Shown here one piece after another: positions 44,075 to 53,685 of a stretch of DNA of 64,000 nt. The position numbers and the translations under genes were made by a program. The notes beneath the pieces were generated by a model. That model saw only the letters and a list, made by a program, of their open reading frames with translations. It was not told the origin of the DNA and made no database searches. Each line of letters starts with the position of its first letter. The stretch's first letter is position 1. The DNA is from an uncultured Candidatus Binatia bacterium (lineage in GTDB: Bacteria; Desulfobacterota; Binatia; UBA9968; JAJDTQ01), in assembly GCA_964291295.2 (NCBI GenBank), contig OZ219754.1, forward strand, positions 2,432,001-2,496,000. Direction: 5' to 3'.

Positions 44075-45232
44075 TCACCTGTCCGTCCGGTACCGCTCCA
44101 CCTTCTCCTCGTCCAGCTCCACCCCCAGGCCCGGGCGGTGCGGAACCTTCACGGCACCGCCCGCGAACTCCAACGGTTCGGTGACGATATCGTCCCTGTA
44201 ATAGATGCCGGCGATGCGTCCCGTAGCCTCGGCATCCGGCGTGGTGACGGGTATGACGCAGGCGAGGTTCGCGGCGGCGGTGGAGGCGGCCAGATGGACG
44301 TTGGCGGCGTTGCCCACGCCCATTTCCACCGAACCGTTGACATTGCACGGGAATCCCGCAGCCTCGGCGAGCGCGGCCACCTTCTTGGCCCGGAACAGGC
44401 CGCCGGGCTTGGTGGTGTAGAGGGAGATGATGTCCGCCGCCTTCTTCTCGATGATCTCCAGGATGTCCCAGGTGGTCCAGGCGCTTTCGTCGGCCATGAT
44501 CGGCGTGTCCACCCGCCGGGTGACCTCGGCCATGGCGTCGAGGCCCTCCACCGGTTGTTCCATGTAGAGGATGCCGCAGGGCTCCATGGCCCTGATGGTC
44601 CGCACCGCCTCCTTGGCGGACCTGTAGCCGTTGTTGGCGTCCACCGTGAGGTTCATGTCCGGTCCCAGCGCTTCGCGGACGCGCCGCAGCAGTTCGACAT
44701 CGCGCTTCGGCTCCACGCCGCCCTTGAGCTTGATGGTCCCGATGCCTTCCGCCTGGACCCGCCGGACCTCGGCCACCGCATCGTCCATGTCCATGAGCCC
44801 GATGCTGTGGGAGATGGGCACGGCTTCCCGGTAGAGCCCCCCCAGGAGCTGGTAGGCGGGCAGGTCCGCGGCCTTTCCCGCCACGTCGTACAAGGCCATG
44901 TCGATGGCCGCCTTGGAATACGGATGGCCCTTGACCGCCTGGTCCATGAGGGCGTGGATCCACTCGATGCGGCGCGGGTCCTCGCCGACGATGCTCGGTG
45001 CCAGGAAATCCCGGATCACCGCGGCCACCGATGCCGGCGTCTCGCCGTAGTAGCGCATGTGGTCGCCGCCCCAGTCCTTGAGCGCCGGCGCTTCGCCCAA
45101 GCCGGTCCGGCCGTCGTCGGTCTCCAGCCGCACCAGCAGATAGACGCCGATGGGGGTCTTGAGACTTGCCCACTGGTGGACCCGCCGGGTGGGAAGCCTG
45201 ACGGGAATGGTCTCGATGGATCGGATCTTCAT
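44075..45232 (-). CDS. Enolase superfamily enzyme (muconate cycloisomerase/epimerase subgroup)
   Basis: AIDMALYD..GK....P...LLGG, KLK, DAN, EQP, ADES. Confidence 0.85.
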   Translation of the reverse strand: MKIRSIETIPVRLPTRRVHQWASLKTPIGVYLLVRLETDDGRTGLGEAPALKDWGGDHMRYYGETPASVAAVIRDFLAPSIVGEDPRRIEWIHALMDQAVKGHPYSKAAIDMALYDVAGKAADLPAYQLLGGLYREAVPISHSIGLMDMDDAVAEVRRVQAEGIGTIKLKGGVEPKRDVELLRRVREALGPDMNLTVDANNGYRSAKEAVRTIRAMEPCGILYMEQPVEGLDAMAEVTRRVDTPIMADESAWTTWDILEIIEKKAADIISLYTTKPGGLFRAKKVAALAEAAGFPCNVNGSVEMGVGNAANVHLAASTAAANLACVIPVTTPDAEATGRIAGIYYRDDIVTEPLEFAGGAVKVPHRPGLGVELDEEKVERYRTDR

Positions 45233-45253
45233 CTTCGCCGTGTGCGCCGGGGG

Positions 45254-46369
45254 CTACGAACCGATCCGGATCAGCCGGTCGGTGGCGGTGGCGTCCGAAA
45301 GCAGTTCGCAACCGTCCCGGGTCACCCGCAGCATGTCCTTGTTCTGGAGCCCCATGCGGCCGGGAATGTAGACCAGCGGTTCGATGGCCACCACCATGCC
45401 CTCTTCGAGCACCTCCTCGCCGTAGCGCCCCAGATAGGGTTCCTCGTGCAGGAACACGCCGATGCCGTGGCCCACGAAACTGATGGGCGCCAGGCCCAGC
45501 TCGTCGAATTTCTCCAGGAAGCGCCGGTAGACCGTCCGGGCATGGGCGCCGGGCCGGATGAGGTCCATGACCCGGTACTTGCACTCCACCAGATTGTCCC
45601 AGATGCGCGCCTGTTCCCCGGTGGGCGCGCCCACCACCGCGGTGCGGCACACGCCGGCGTGATAGCCGTCGAGAACACCGAATATCTCCATGCGCACCAG
45701 ATCCCCCTGGCGAAGCCTCCGATGGGTGGGGCCCACGTTGGGGAACTGGCTGCGCTCGCCGGACGCGATGATCATGAGCTTGAAGTGCTGTGCTCCGCCC
45801 GAGAAGAGCCGGCCGGTGAGCTGGCCGGCCAACTCCAGCTCGGTCATGCCCGGGCGGGCGCCGGCCAGGGTCTGGCCGATGGCGCTGTCGGTGATGCGGC
45901 TCACGGTCCGGAGGAGGGTGGTCTCCCGTGCGCTCTTGACCTGCCGCAGCTTGCCGAAAATGCCGTCCGCCGCCGCCAGGACAGCCTTGGGCAGGAGCGT
46001 GCGCAGAGTGGCGCAATCCCGGGCCGGGAGATGGTCCATCTCGACGCCCACGGTGGCTTCGGCCAGCCCCATGTCCCGCAGCGCGCCGGCGACCTCCTGG
46101 ATCGGATCGTCGGTGAACTCCCGGTAGACCCGGATGGCGTCGAAGGCGGCGTGGGCCCGGACCGTGGTCTCTTCCATGTCGATGGCGATCATGGTGGTGC
46201 GGCCGGACCGGTCGACGATGCAGATGGCGTGACGCCAGCGCATGAGGAGCTGGGAGGGCACCACGAAACCGGTGGTATAAGCCAGGTTCTCCGGCGAACT
46301 GGCGACCAGGGCGTCGAGGCCGTGCTCCTCCATCGCCGTCCGCTGCTTCGCAATGATGTCCGCGTCCAT
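45254..46369 (-). CDS. M24 (Xaa-Pro peptidase/creatinase/ectoine hydrolase-like) fold protein
   Basis: N-terminal creatinase domain (PENLAYTTG), R.VKS..E, GHGIG..LHE.P, IEP; several metal ligands substituted. Confidence 0.82.
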   Translation of the reverse strand: MDADIIAKQRTAMEEHGLDALVASSPENLAYTTGFVVPSQLLMRWRHAICIVDRSGRTTMIAIDMEETTVRAHAAFDAIRVYREFTDDPIQEVAGALRDMGLAEATVGVEMDHLPARDCATLRTLLPKAVLAAADGIFGKLRQVKSARETTLLRTVSRITDSAIGQTLAGARPGMTELELAGQLTGRLFSGGAQHFKLMIIASGERSQFPNVGPTHRRLRQGDLVRMEIFGVLDGYHAGVCRTAVVGAPTGEQARIWDNLVECKYRVMDLIRPGAHARTVYRRFLEKFDELGLAPISFVGHGIGVFLHEEPYLGRYGEEVLEEGMVVAIEPLVYIPGRMGLQNKDMLRVTRDGCELLSDATATDRLIRIGS

Positions 46370-46577
46370 GGGTTCCGGGGGCGCCCGCGCCACTGTCGCC
46401 GCCAGCCCGTGAGCATACCGGTCGGGTCCCGGATCCTCAACCGCCTGGCGCCATCCGCCGGACCCTGAATCAAGTCCCGGAAGCGAGTGTCCGGACCGGG
46501 GCAACTCTTCCAAACGGTGGCTCCTTCAGATAGGAAACAGGGGCACGATCAATCCTTGTACCGGGGGGAATCGTTCC

Positions 46578-47666
46578 ATGCTGCTGATCAACAACCGTGA
46601 AGTGGAGGCGTTGATGGACATGAAGGCCTGTCTCGACGCGCTGGAGACAGGCTATGCGGATCTCGCCCGCAACGACGCGGTGTACCGGCCGCGCCTCGAC
46701 GTGTGGGTGCCGTGCGAACGGCCGGACGGCTATTACCGCTGGGGCACCATGGAAGGGGCCAGCCGCACCATCGGCACCTTCGCCATCCGGATGAAGTCGG
46801 ACGTGGTCTACTGGCCCGGCGGCGAAACCGAGGAGAAGTACTGCATGCGGCCCGGCAACTACTGCGGGCTGATCATGGTGTTCAGCGTGGCCAACGGCGA
46901 GCCCCTGGCCATCATCAACGACGGCGTGCTCCAGCACATGCGGGTGGGAGGCTGCGCCGGGCTGGGGGCCAGGGAACTGGCGCGGGAAGACGCCGCGGTG
47001 GTGGGCATGTTCGGCTCCGGCGGCATGGCGCGGACCTATCTCATGGCGTTCAACGAGGTGCGGAAGCTCGAAGAAGTCCGGGCCTACAGTCCCACCCGGG
47101 CGAACCGGGATGCCTACGCCGCCGAAATGAGCGAGACCCTCGGGCTGCGGGTGATCGCGGTGGACCGGCCGGAGGACGTGGTTCAGGGCGCCGACATCGT
47201 CTCCGCCTGCACCGACTCCACCCGGGTCGTGTTCGACAACCCCGAGTGGCTCAAGCGCGGCGCCCACCTCACCTGCGTGCGCGCCTGCGAAATCGGCCCG
47301 CGTGTGGTGGCGGCCTGCGACGTGTCCGTCAAGCTCGGCCGCAATACCGTGACCACCCTCGACGAGGGCATGGTGCGGCTCCACGGCAACGTCGGCTACG
47401 TGGCGGGGCAGCCCGAGGAGATCGACCGCATCCCGAACCCCACGCAGGACGTCTATACCGGCGACTATTTCAGCTACTTCGTGGACGTGAGGCTCGGCCG
47501 GAAGCCGGGCCGCACGAGCCCGGAGCAGACCACCTTCTTCATCAACGCCGGCACCCAGGGGCTCCAGTTCGCGGCCTGCGCCGGGCGGGTCTACCAGATG
47601 GCCCGGGAGAAGGGCATGGGCCGGGAGTTGCCCACCGAGTGGTTCACCCAGGACATCCGCGACTAG
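46578..47666 (+). CDS. Ornithine cyclodeaminase/mu-crystallin family protein
   Basis: GEPLA, R.G, LAR.DA, GSG.MA, RAYSP, GRTSPEQ. Confidence 0.82.
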   Translation: MLLINNREVEALMDMKACLDALETGYADLARNDAVYRPRLDVWVPCERPDGYYRWGTMEGASRTIGTFAIRMKSDVVYWPGGETEEKYCMRPGNYCGLIMVFSVANGEPLAIINDGVLQHMRVGGCAGLGARELAREDAAVVGMFGSGGMARTYLMAFNEVRKLEEVRAYSPTRANRDAYAAEMSETLGLRVIAVDRPEDVVQGADIVSACTDSTRVVFDNPEWLKRGAHLTCVRACEIGPRVVAACDVSVKLGRNTVTTLDEGMVRLHGNVGYVAGQPEEIDRIPNPTQDVYTGDYFSYFVDVRLGRKPGRTSPEQTTFFINAGTQGLQFAACAGRVYQMAREKGMGRELPTEWFTQDIRD

Positions 47667-47686
47667 CTTTTCCACCTCCTTGACCC

Positions 47687-48856
47687 ATGCTGGTCCCGTT
47701 CCGTTCACGCGTTTCCGTCGCTCCCCGCGGGTACGCCCTCGGCTTGGCCGGCGCCGGTATCCTGGTCGCGCTCCTTGCCGGGCTGCTCGGTGGCTGCCAG
47801 CCGGCGCCGCCGCCTCGGGTGCCCGAGCCGCCCGCGGAAGTCCGCGACGACCTGGAGGTGCGGTCGCTCCGGGCGGCGGTGCGGGAGAGCCTGCGGTTTC
47901 TCGCCGGCGTGCCGGGAGACCGGCTGCTGGGCCGGTGGCCCCGGCGGGTGACGGCGGAAGAGATCCGCTCATCCCTCGCCCGCTTCCTGCAGCTGCTGGA
48001 CGAGCCGCCGGGAACGGACGGAGGCTGGACGCAGCGTGTGGCGGCGCGGTTCGACTTCTACCCGGCGCCCCGGACCGGAGCACCGGACGAGGTCCTGTTC
48101 ACCGGCTACTATCAACCGGTGATCGAAGCCAGCCCGGTGGAGACCCCCGAATACCGCTATCCCGTCTACCGGGAGCCGGACGAGTTGCGGAGGCGGGGGA
48201 GCAAGGTGGCCGGGTATTCCCGCCATGACGTGGACGTGCGGGGCCGCCTCCGGGGCAAGGGTTACGAGATCGCCTGGCTGCGGGACCCGGTGGAGCGTTT
48301 CTTCCTGCACATCCAGGGCTCGGGACTGTTGCGGCTGACCGACGGCCGCCAGGTGCCGCTCAACTTCGCCGCCACCAATGACAGGCGTTATACCAGCATC
48401 GGCAAGATCCTCGTCGAACAGGGCGAGCTTGACCGGGAGTCCATCTCGATGCAGCGGATTCGCGCCTGGCTTGTCGAATTCCCCGGTGAGCGGGAGGCGC
48501 TGTTCGCCCGGAACGAGCGTTATGTCTTCTTTCGTCTGGGAGAGGAGGGGCCGCTGGGGAGCCTCGGCGTCCGGCTCACGGCCGGACGCTCGGCCGCCAC
48601 GGACCACCGCATCTACCCCAGGGGCGCGCTGCTGTTCGTCGAGACCCGGACCCCGGTGGTGGGCCGGCAGGGCGAGTTGGCGGGTCTGCGTCCGTTCGGC
48701 CGGTTCGTCCTCAACCAGGACACCGGGGCGGCCATCCGGGGTCCGGCGCGGGTGGATCTCTATTTCGGCACCGGCGACGAGGCCGGGGCGCGGGCGGGAT
48801 ACATGAAGAGCAGAGGGAGGCTTTATCTCTTGATGGAGCGGGGCGCGGCGTCGTGA
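47687..48856 (+). CDS. mltA: Membrane-bound lytic murein transglycosylase A
   Basis: Lipobox LGGC, FTGYY.P, FFLHIQGSG, N.RYVFF, QDTGAAIRG..RVDLYFG. Confidence 0.92.
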   Translation: MLVPFRSRVSVAPRGYALGLAGAGILVALLAGLLGGCQPAPPPRVPEPPAEVRDDLEVRSLRAAVRESLRFLAGVPGDRLLGRWPRRVTAEEIRSSLARFLQLLDEPPGTDGGWTQRVAARFDFYPAPRTGAPDEVLFTGYYQPVIEASPVETPEYRYPVYREPDELRRRGSKVAGYSRHDVDVRGRLRGKGYEIAWLRDPVERFFLHIQGSGLLRLTDGRQVPLNFAATNDRRYTSIGKILVEQGELDRESISMQRIRAWLVEFPGEREALFARNERYVFFRLGEEGPLGSLGVRLTAGRSAATDHRIYPRGALLFVETRTPVVGRQGELAGLRPFGRFVLNQDTGAAIRGPARVDLYFGTGDEAGARAGYMKSRGRLYLLMERGAAS

Positions 48857-48907
48857 AGCGGGCAGCCACGCCGTCAAGGGAACATCACGGCCGAAGGAGG
48901 TTTTGCA

Positions 48908-49996
48908 ATGGCATCGGTGCTTTTGTTGGGTCCGGAAGACATGAGCGGTCTCATCACCATGAAGGAGGCGGTGGATGCCATGGAGCGGGGGTATCTCGAC
49001 TGGGCCCGGAACCGTGAACTGGGGGCGTTGCGGCGCCGGGTGCATTCGGTGGCCAACGCCCGGGTGACGGTGCACCAGGGGGCGCCTGATTCCGCCGGGG
49101 TCACGGGGATTCTGACCCACTGCGAGCACGTGATGATCCACGACAACGGCATCCAGACCTACCAGACCCGGGGCCGTCCGGTGCGGGTGATGTTCGACGG
49201 CAACAACGCCGAGCTCAAGTGCATCACGGTGGGGGAACTGCGGGTCCGGGAGTTGCCCGAGGCCAACAACGTGGTGAACGTCCAGACCGCCTGCTCCACC
49301 GCGGTGGGCATCAAGCACTTGGCACGGCAGAGCTCCAGGGTGGTGGGGGTGCTGGGCTCCCGGGCCCAGGCGGAGTGCCAGTTGCTTGCGTGCAAGGCGG
49401 TGGTTCCCGGCCTTGAGGAGGCCAGGGTCTACAGCCCGAATCCGGAAAACCGTACCCGGTTCGCCGCCAGGATGACCGAACTGATGGACATGGAGGTGCG
49501 GCCGGTGGCCACCAGCCGCGAGGCGGTCCAGGATGTGGACGTGCTGTTGTCGGTGACCAACTCCAACGTGCCCACCTTCGACGGCGACTGGCTGGCACCC
49601 GGCGTGCATCTGTGCTCGATCGTCTCCAGCAACATCGGCCTGATGCGCGGCGGCTTCATCCAGCGAAAACGGCGGGAGGTGGACGACAGGACCCTCCAGC
49701 GTTGTGACATCATTGTCTGCAACTCGAAGCGGCAGGAGATCCTGGACGAGCCCGGGGTGCTGTGGGATCCGGTGCAGCAGGGCGTCATCACCTGGGACGA
49801 CGTGTGGGATCTGGGCGAACTGCTGGCCGGACAGGTACCGGGCCGGACTTCCGAAGAGCAGATCAGCTTCTACAAGAACAACGCCTTCTGGGGCGTGGGC
49901 GATCAGGCCATCGGCGAGTTGCTGTACGAGCGCGCGGTGGAGCGGGGGCTCGGCACCGAGCTTCCCATTGACGGCGCCGAGTACCGGGAAGCATAG
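48908..49996 (+). CDS. Ornithine cyclodeaminase/mu-crystallin family protein
   Basis: LAR, LGS..QA, RVYSP, TNS..P, L.PG.H, GRTSEEQI. Confidence 0.8.
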   Translation: MASVLLLGPEDMSGLITMKEAVDAMERGYLDWARNRELGALRRRVHSVANARVTVHQGAPDSAGVTGILTHCEHVMIHDNGIQTYQTRGRPVRVMFDGNNAELKCITVGELRVRELPEANNVVNVQTACSTAVGIKHLARQSSRVVGVLGSRAQAECQLLACKAVVPGLEEARVYSPNPENRTRFAARMTELMDMEVRPVATSREAVQDVDVLLSVTNSNVPTFDGDWLAPGVHLCSIVSSNIGLMRGGFIQRKRREVDDRTLQRCDIIVCNSKRQEILDEPGVLWDPVQQGVITWDDVWDLGELLAGQVPGRTSEEQISFYKNNAFWGVGDQAIGELLYERAVERGLGTELPIDGAEYREA

Positions 49997-50004
49997 GCGC
50001 TCCG

Positions 50005-50031
50005 GACCCCGCTCCCGCGGGGAGCGGGGTC
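50005..50031. terminator. GC-rich hairpin after the cyclodeaminase gene (no U tract)
   Basis: GACCCCGCTCCC-GCG-GGGAGCGGGGTC. Confidence 0.45.
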
Positions 50032-50034
50032 TGC

Positions 50035-50165
50035 GTGTTCGAGGATCTCGACGACGAACTCGACGAACGAACTTCGATACGCACGTCGTCCGGGCCGTGC
50101 ACGAAGGCGATCCTGAGGCCGGGCCGCAGCGGCCGGGGCTCGGAGAGAAACGCGGCGCCCCGCCG
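50035..50165 (-). pseudogene. Remnant of a VOC/glyoxalase-family gene (C-terminal fragment)
   Basis: RGAAFLSEPRPLRPGLRIAFVHGPDDVRIE, then a frame-breaking TCGTCGAG duplication before EILEH. Confidence 0.55.
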
Positions 50166-50388
50166 CCCGGGAATATCCGAACAAGGCGGCGGCGCGACAG
50201 GGAACTGCTCGCAAGCTGTTGGCTTCATTGATTCAGCCCAAGCCAGCTCGGGGTTGTTCGGACCTTCCCTTGAGGTCCGCCGCGGCGAGCCTTGAAGTCG
50301 CGGGTCGGGCTGTTAGATTTCTTGCAGGGCATGGTTTCGTCCTCGCCGACATTGGTCTGCCGCGAGGAGAAGGCCGGCAGGTGCCGCA

Positions 50389-50754
50389 GTGATGCTATCG
50401 ATCTGGGTGGGGATATTCGGCGTGCTGGCCGGTGCGCTGGTTGCGGCGCGGCTGGGGGATCGCTCCGGCGGGCCCGAGCGGTATTGGCTCACGGGGCTGG
50501 CGGCCGTGGCGCCGGCCTGGATCATCGCACTGACGGTGCTGCTGGGGGGGCTGTCGGGGGAGAACCCGGACAAGAGCATGAAGGCCCTGCTGGCGGCCTC
50601 CACCGCCAGCGGGCTCCTGGGTGTCATCGCCACGGAGTTTTGCGTGAGGTGGGTCAAGGCGCGGCCGGCGGCGGCGCCCGGCGCCCTGTACTGGTTCCTG
50701 GGCGTGGTTGCGTTGCTCCCCTCCTGGGGGTTCATGCTGTGGAGGTTGCCATGA
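50389..50754 (+). CDS. Small 4-TM membrane protein
   Basis: Four hydrophobic segments; ATGA overlap with the next gene. Confidence 0.6.
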   Translation: MMLSIWVGIFGVLAGALVAARLGDRSGGPERYWLTGLAAVAPAWIIALTVLLGGLSGENPDKSMKALLAASTASGLLGVIATEFCVRWVKARPAAAPGALYWFLGVVALLPSWGFMLWRLP

Positions 50755-51737
50755 GGAAGCGGATCCGGGCCACTGGCGTGGCGCTGGGGGCGGTATCATG
50801 GCCGCTGCCTCTTTACGCGCACGGCGGCTCGGCGCACGAGCCGTTGCCGTTCGACGCGCTGATGCTGGTGTTCGGGATGGTTCCCTGGAATTTCCGGGTG
50901 GACATTCTCCTGGCGCTGGTGCTGGCCACGGGCATCTACCTCACCGGCTGGTGCCGACTCCGCCGGCAGGCCGACGGCGCCGCCGCCTGGTCCGGCGCGG
51001 CGCTCTACCTCGGCGGCATGGCCGCGCTCCTTGTCGCCCTGGTGTCGCCGGTGGACCGGCTCGCGGCCGAGCGCCTCAGCATGCACATGGTGCAGCACAT
51101 CCTGCTGTTGATGATCGCACCGTTGGGGATTCTGCTGGCCAACCCCTTCGCGGCCGCGCTCTGGGGGCTTCCGGCCGGGCTCCGGCACCGCTTCGCGGGA
51201 CTGTTCCGCGAGGGCGCCCGGTTGCGGTCGGTCCTGTCCATGCTCACCTTCATGCCGGTGGCCTGGGCCGTCTACGTGGTGAACCTCTGGGCCTGGCACC
51301 ACCCGACACTCTACCAGGCGGCGCTCCGTCACTGGTGGCTCCATGACCTCGAACACTGGCTGTTCTTCGGCACCGCGGTGCTCTTCTGGTGGCCCATCGT
51401 CAATGCGGCGCCGCTATTCCGCCCCACCCGGCCGCTGGGGGCGAGAATCGTGTATCTGGTGGCCGCGGCGCTCCAGAACACCTTGCTGGGCATGGCCATC
51501 TCCCTGCCCGAGCGAGTCCTGTATCCGTTCTACGCCGCCGTCCCGATGGTCGAGAAATTGAGCCCGATCCAGGATCAGGCCCTCGGCGGCGGTATCATGT
51601 GGGTCAGCGGGCACATGTACCTCTTCCCGCTCCTGGTGCTGGTGGCCCGCCGGCTGATTGCGGAGGACGCCGCGGCCGGGGCCGGCGGCCCTGAGCCGGG
51701 GCCGGGCCGTCCCGCACCCTGGCGGGCAGGCACATGA
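50751..51737 (+). CDS. Cytochrome c oxidase assembly protein (caa3-type CtaG family)
   Basis: SP.D, SMHMVQH.LL...AP, WAWH.P.LY, HDLEH, DQ.LGG.IMW. Confidence 0.85.
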   Translation: MRKRIRATGVALGAVSWPLPLYAHGGSAHEPLPFDALMLVFGMVPWNFRVDILLALVLATGIYLTGWCRLRRQADGAAAWSGAALYLGGMAALLVALVSPVDRLAAERLSMHMVQHILLLMIAPLGILLANPFAAALWGLPAGLRHRFAGLFREGARLRSVLSMLTFMPVAWAVYVVNLWAWHHPTLYQAALRHWWLHDLEHWLFFGTAVLFWWPIVNAAPLFRPTRPLGARIVYLVAAALQNTLLGMAISLPERVLYPFYAAVPMVEKLSPIQDQALGGGIMWVSGHMYLFPLLVLVARRLIAEDAAAGAGGPEPGPGRPAPWRAGT

Positions 51738-52426
51738 AACACTGTCTGTTCGCCTCCCTGTTCATGGTCTTCTGCCTGCCCGCCGCGGCCTCGGGCGCGG
51801 CCGAAGACCACCGCCTCAGGGAACTCGGCTTCATCGTCCAGGAGGGCTTCCTGGAAGCCCCCGCGTTCACGACCCGGGATGCGGCCGGGAACCCCGTGGA
51901 CTCCACCTCCTTTCGCGGCAGGCTTGTGGTGCTGAACTTCTGGGCCACCTGGTGTCCGCCCTGCCGCCTGGAAATGCCGGCCATGGAACGTCTGTACCGT
52001 GAATTCCGCGGCAAGGGGCTGGAGGTGGTGGCGGTCAACTTCATGGAATCGGCGGAACGGGTACGCGCTTTCGCGGAAGAACAGAATCTGACCTACCCGA
52101 TGTTGCTGGATGGCCGGGCCGATATCGCGGAGCGTTACGGTGTGAGGCGCCTGCCCGTTACCATGCTGATCGGGCGCGAGGGCGAGCTCCTCGCCAGATC
52201 CGTCGGATACAAGGAGTGGTACAAGGACGACATGCGCGCACTCGTGGCCGCCCTGCTGGGAGAAGGGCAGGTGGCGCAGGCGGCCACGGGCCGCAACGGT
52301 GCACCGTCGTTGCCGGGGCCGGCGGTCCTCGCCGTTCTGGCGGCGGTGGCCGGGTTCGCGGTGTGGTGCATCAGACGGAGCCGCGCCCGCCGCACGGAGC
52401 CGCTCCGCGGAGACGGCGCGTGCTGA
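51734..52426 (+). CDS. TlpA/ResA-like thiol-disulfide oxidoreductase
   Basis: LNFWATWCPPCRLEMP; signal peptide; C-terminal TM. Confidence 0.9.
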   Translation: MKHCLFASLFMVFCLPAAASGAAEDHRLRELGFIVQEGFLEAPAFTTRDAAGNPVDSTSFRGRLVVLNFWATWCPPCRLEMPAMERLYREFRGKGLEVVAVNFMESAERVRAFAEEQNLTYPMLLDGRADIAERYGVRRLPVTMLIGREGELLARSVGYKEWYKDDMRALVAALLGEGQVAQAATGRNGAPSLPGPAVLAVLAAVAGFAVWCIRRSRARRTEPLRGDGAC

Positions 52427-53238
52427 CTTTCCCCGACATCGACCCCGTCGCCCTTCAGATAGGGCCGCTGGCCGTGCGCTGGTACGGCCTCATGTACCTG
52501 TTCGGGTTCGTCGGCGGTTTTTTCGTGGCCCGGTGGCTGGCCCGCAGGAGAGGCTTCAAGGTCAGCAACGAACAACTGGCGGAACTGGTCAGCCATGTGG
52601 CCATCGGCGTCGTGCTGGGCGGTCGGCTGGGCTACGTCGTCTTCTACAACCTTCCCTACTATCTGGCCCATCCACTGCAGGTCGTTGCCTTCTGGGAAGG
52701 CGGCATGTCTTTTCACGGCGGTGTACTGGGGGCCATCCTGGCCGGAGGGTGGTACGCGCGCAGGCAGCGGTGGCCGTTCTATTCCGCGGCGGACTGCCTT
52801 TTCGCGGCGGCGCCCCTTGGCCTGGGGCTGGGCCGATTGGGCAACTTCATCAACGGGGAACTTTACGGCCGTCCGACCGATGCGCCCTGGGGCATGGTCT
52901 TCCCGGGCGCCGGTCCGTTGCCGCGCCATCCTTCCCAACTCTACGAGGCGTTTCTCGAAGGGGCGGTGCTGCTGGCGGTGCTGGCCTGGCTCGGAACGCG
53001 TACCCGGACCGGGGGCGTGGTCACCTGGACGTTCATCGGCGGCTACGGGCTGGTGCGCTTCGTGGTCGAGTTCTTTCGTGAGCCCGACGCCCACCTGGGA
53101 CTTGCGTGGGGGTTGTCCCGGGGACAGTATCTCAGCTTGGTGATGATGGCGGCGGCGGTCGCCGCCGCCATCTGGACAAGCCGTCGTCGTTCACCCGTGC
53201 CGGTCCGGCGCACCTCCGTGTCCAGGTCGCCCGGATGA
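52420..53238 (+). CDS. lgt: Prolipoprotein diacylglyceryl transferase
   Basis: VRWYGLMY, GGRLGY, GGMSFHGG, GRLGNFINGELYGR, HPSQLYE. Confidence 0.96.
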   Translation: MLTFPDIDPVALQIGPLAVRWYGLMYLFGFVGGFFVARWLARRRGFKVSNEQLAELVSHVAIGVVLGGRLGYVVFYNLPYYLAHPLQVVAFWEGGMSFHGGVLGAILAGGWYARRQRWPFYSAADCLFAAAPLGLGLGRLGNFINGELYGRPTDAPWGMVFPGAGPLPRHPSQLYEAFLEGAVLLAVLAWLGTRTRTGGVVTWTFIGGYGLVRFVVEFFREPDAHLGLAWGLSRGQYLSLVMMAAAVAAAIWTSRRRSPVPVRRTSVSRSPG

Positions 53239-53346
53239 GGGCCGGCGTCCCGGGGCGGGTGCGGTTCCAGGGTCTCGGATTCCGGGGCCTTGGTCCGGGG
53301 TCTCGGGTGCGTCTCCATGGCCGCCTGGTGTATTGCCGTGGCGCGC

Positions 53347-53592
53347 CTATTCGTCCATTTCGCCGAAGTAGTCCCTGAGGATCCGCTCTTTCACGTACTC
53401 CAGGGCACCGAGGTCGTGGAGTATGTCGCCGCCGGTGTCGTAAAAGAAGATGTCACCGTTCTTGTTCCGTCCCACCGCCATCAGCCATTCGAGTTCGTCC
53501 CGGTCTTCGAGCAGGTAGTTGATGGTCTGGCTTGCGCCGTTGCTGTCGATGATGGTGACCTTTGGAGTTACCCTTTTCTTCGGCTGGGTCAT
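53347..53592 (-). CDS. Small hypothetical protein (81 aa)
   Basis: GGAGGA RBS; globular-looking acidic sequence MTQPKKRVTPKVTIIDSNG... Confidence 0.65.
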   Translation of the reverse strand: MTQPKKRVTPKVTIIDSNGASQTINYLLEDRDELEWLMAVGRNKNGDIFFYDTGGDILHDLGALEYVKERILRDYFGEMDE

Positions 53593-53685
53593 TTGTTCCT
53601 CCCGGAGGGATTCTACACCAGTTGGAATCCGCATCTCAACCCTGAGGTGGTCCGCCGGTTGCACGCGGGCCACCGGGGCCGGACA

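Noticed and set aside
46540-46560. Sigma54-like GGCAC motif upstream of the cyclodeaminase
   Set aside because: Lacks the GC at -12.
53265-53310. Short degenerate TCCGGGGTCTCGG-like repeats between lgt and the small ORF
   Set aside because: Low-complexity GC-rich slippage; too short to interpret.
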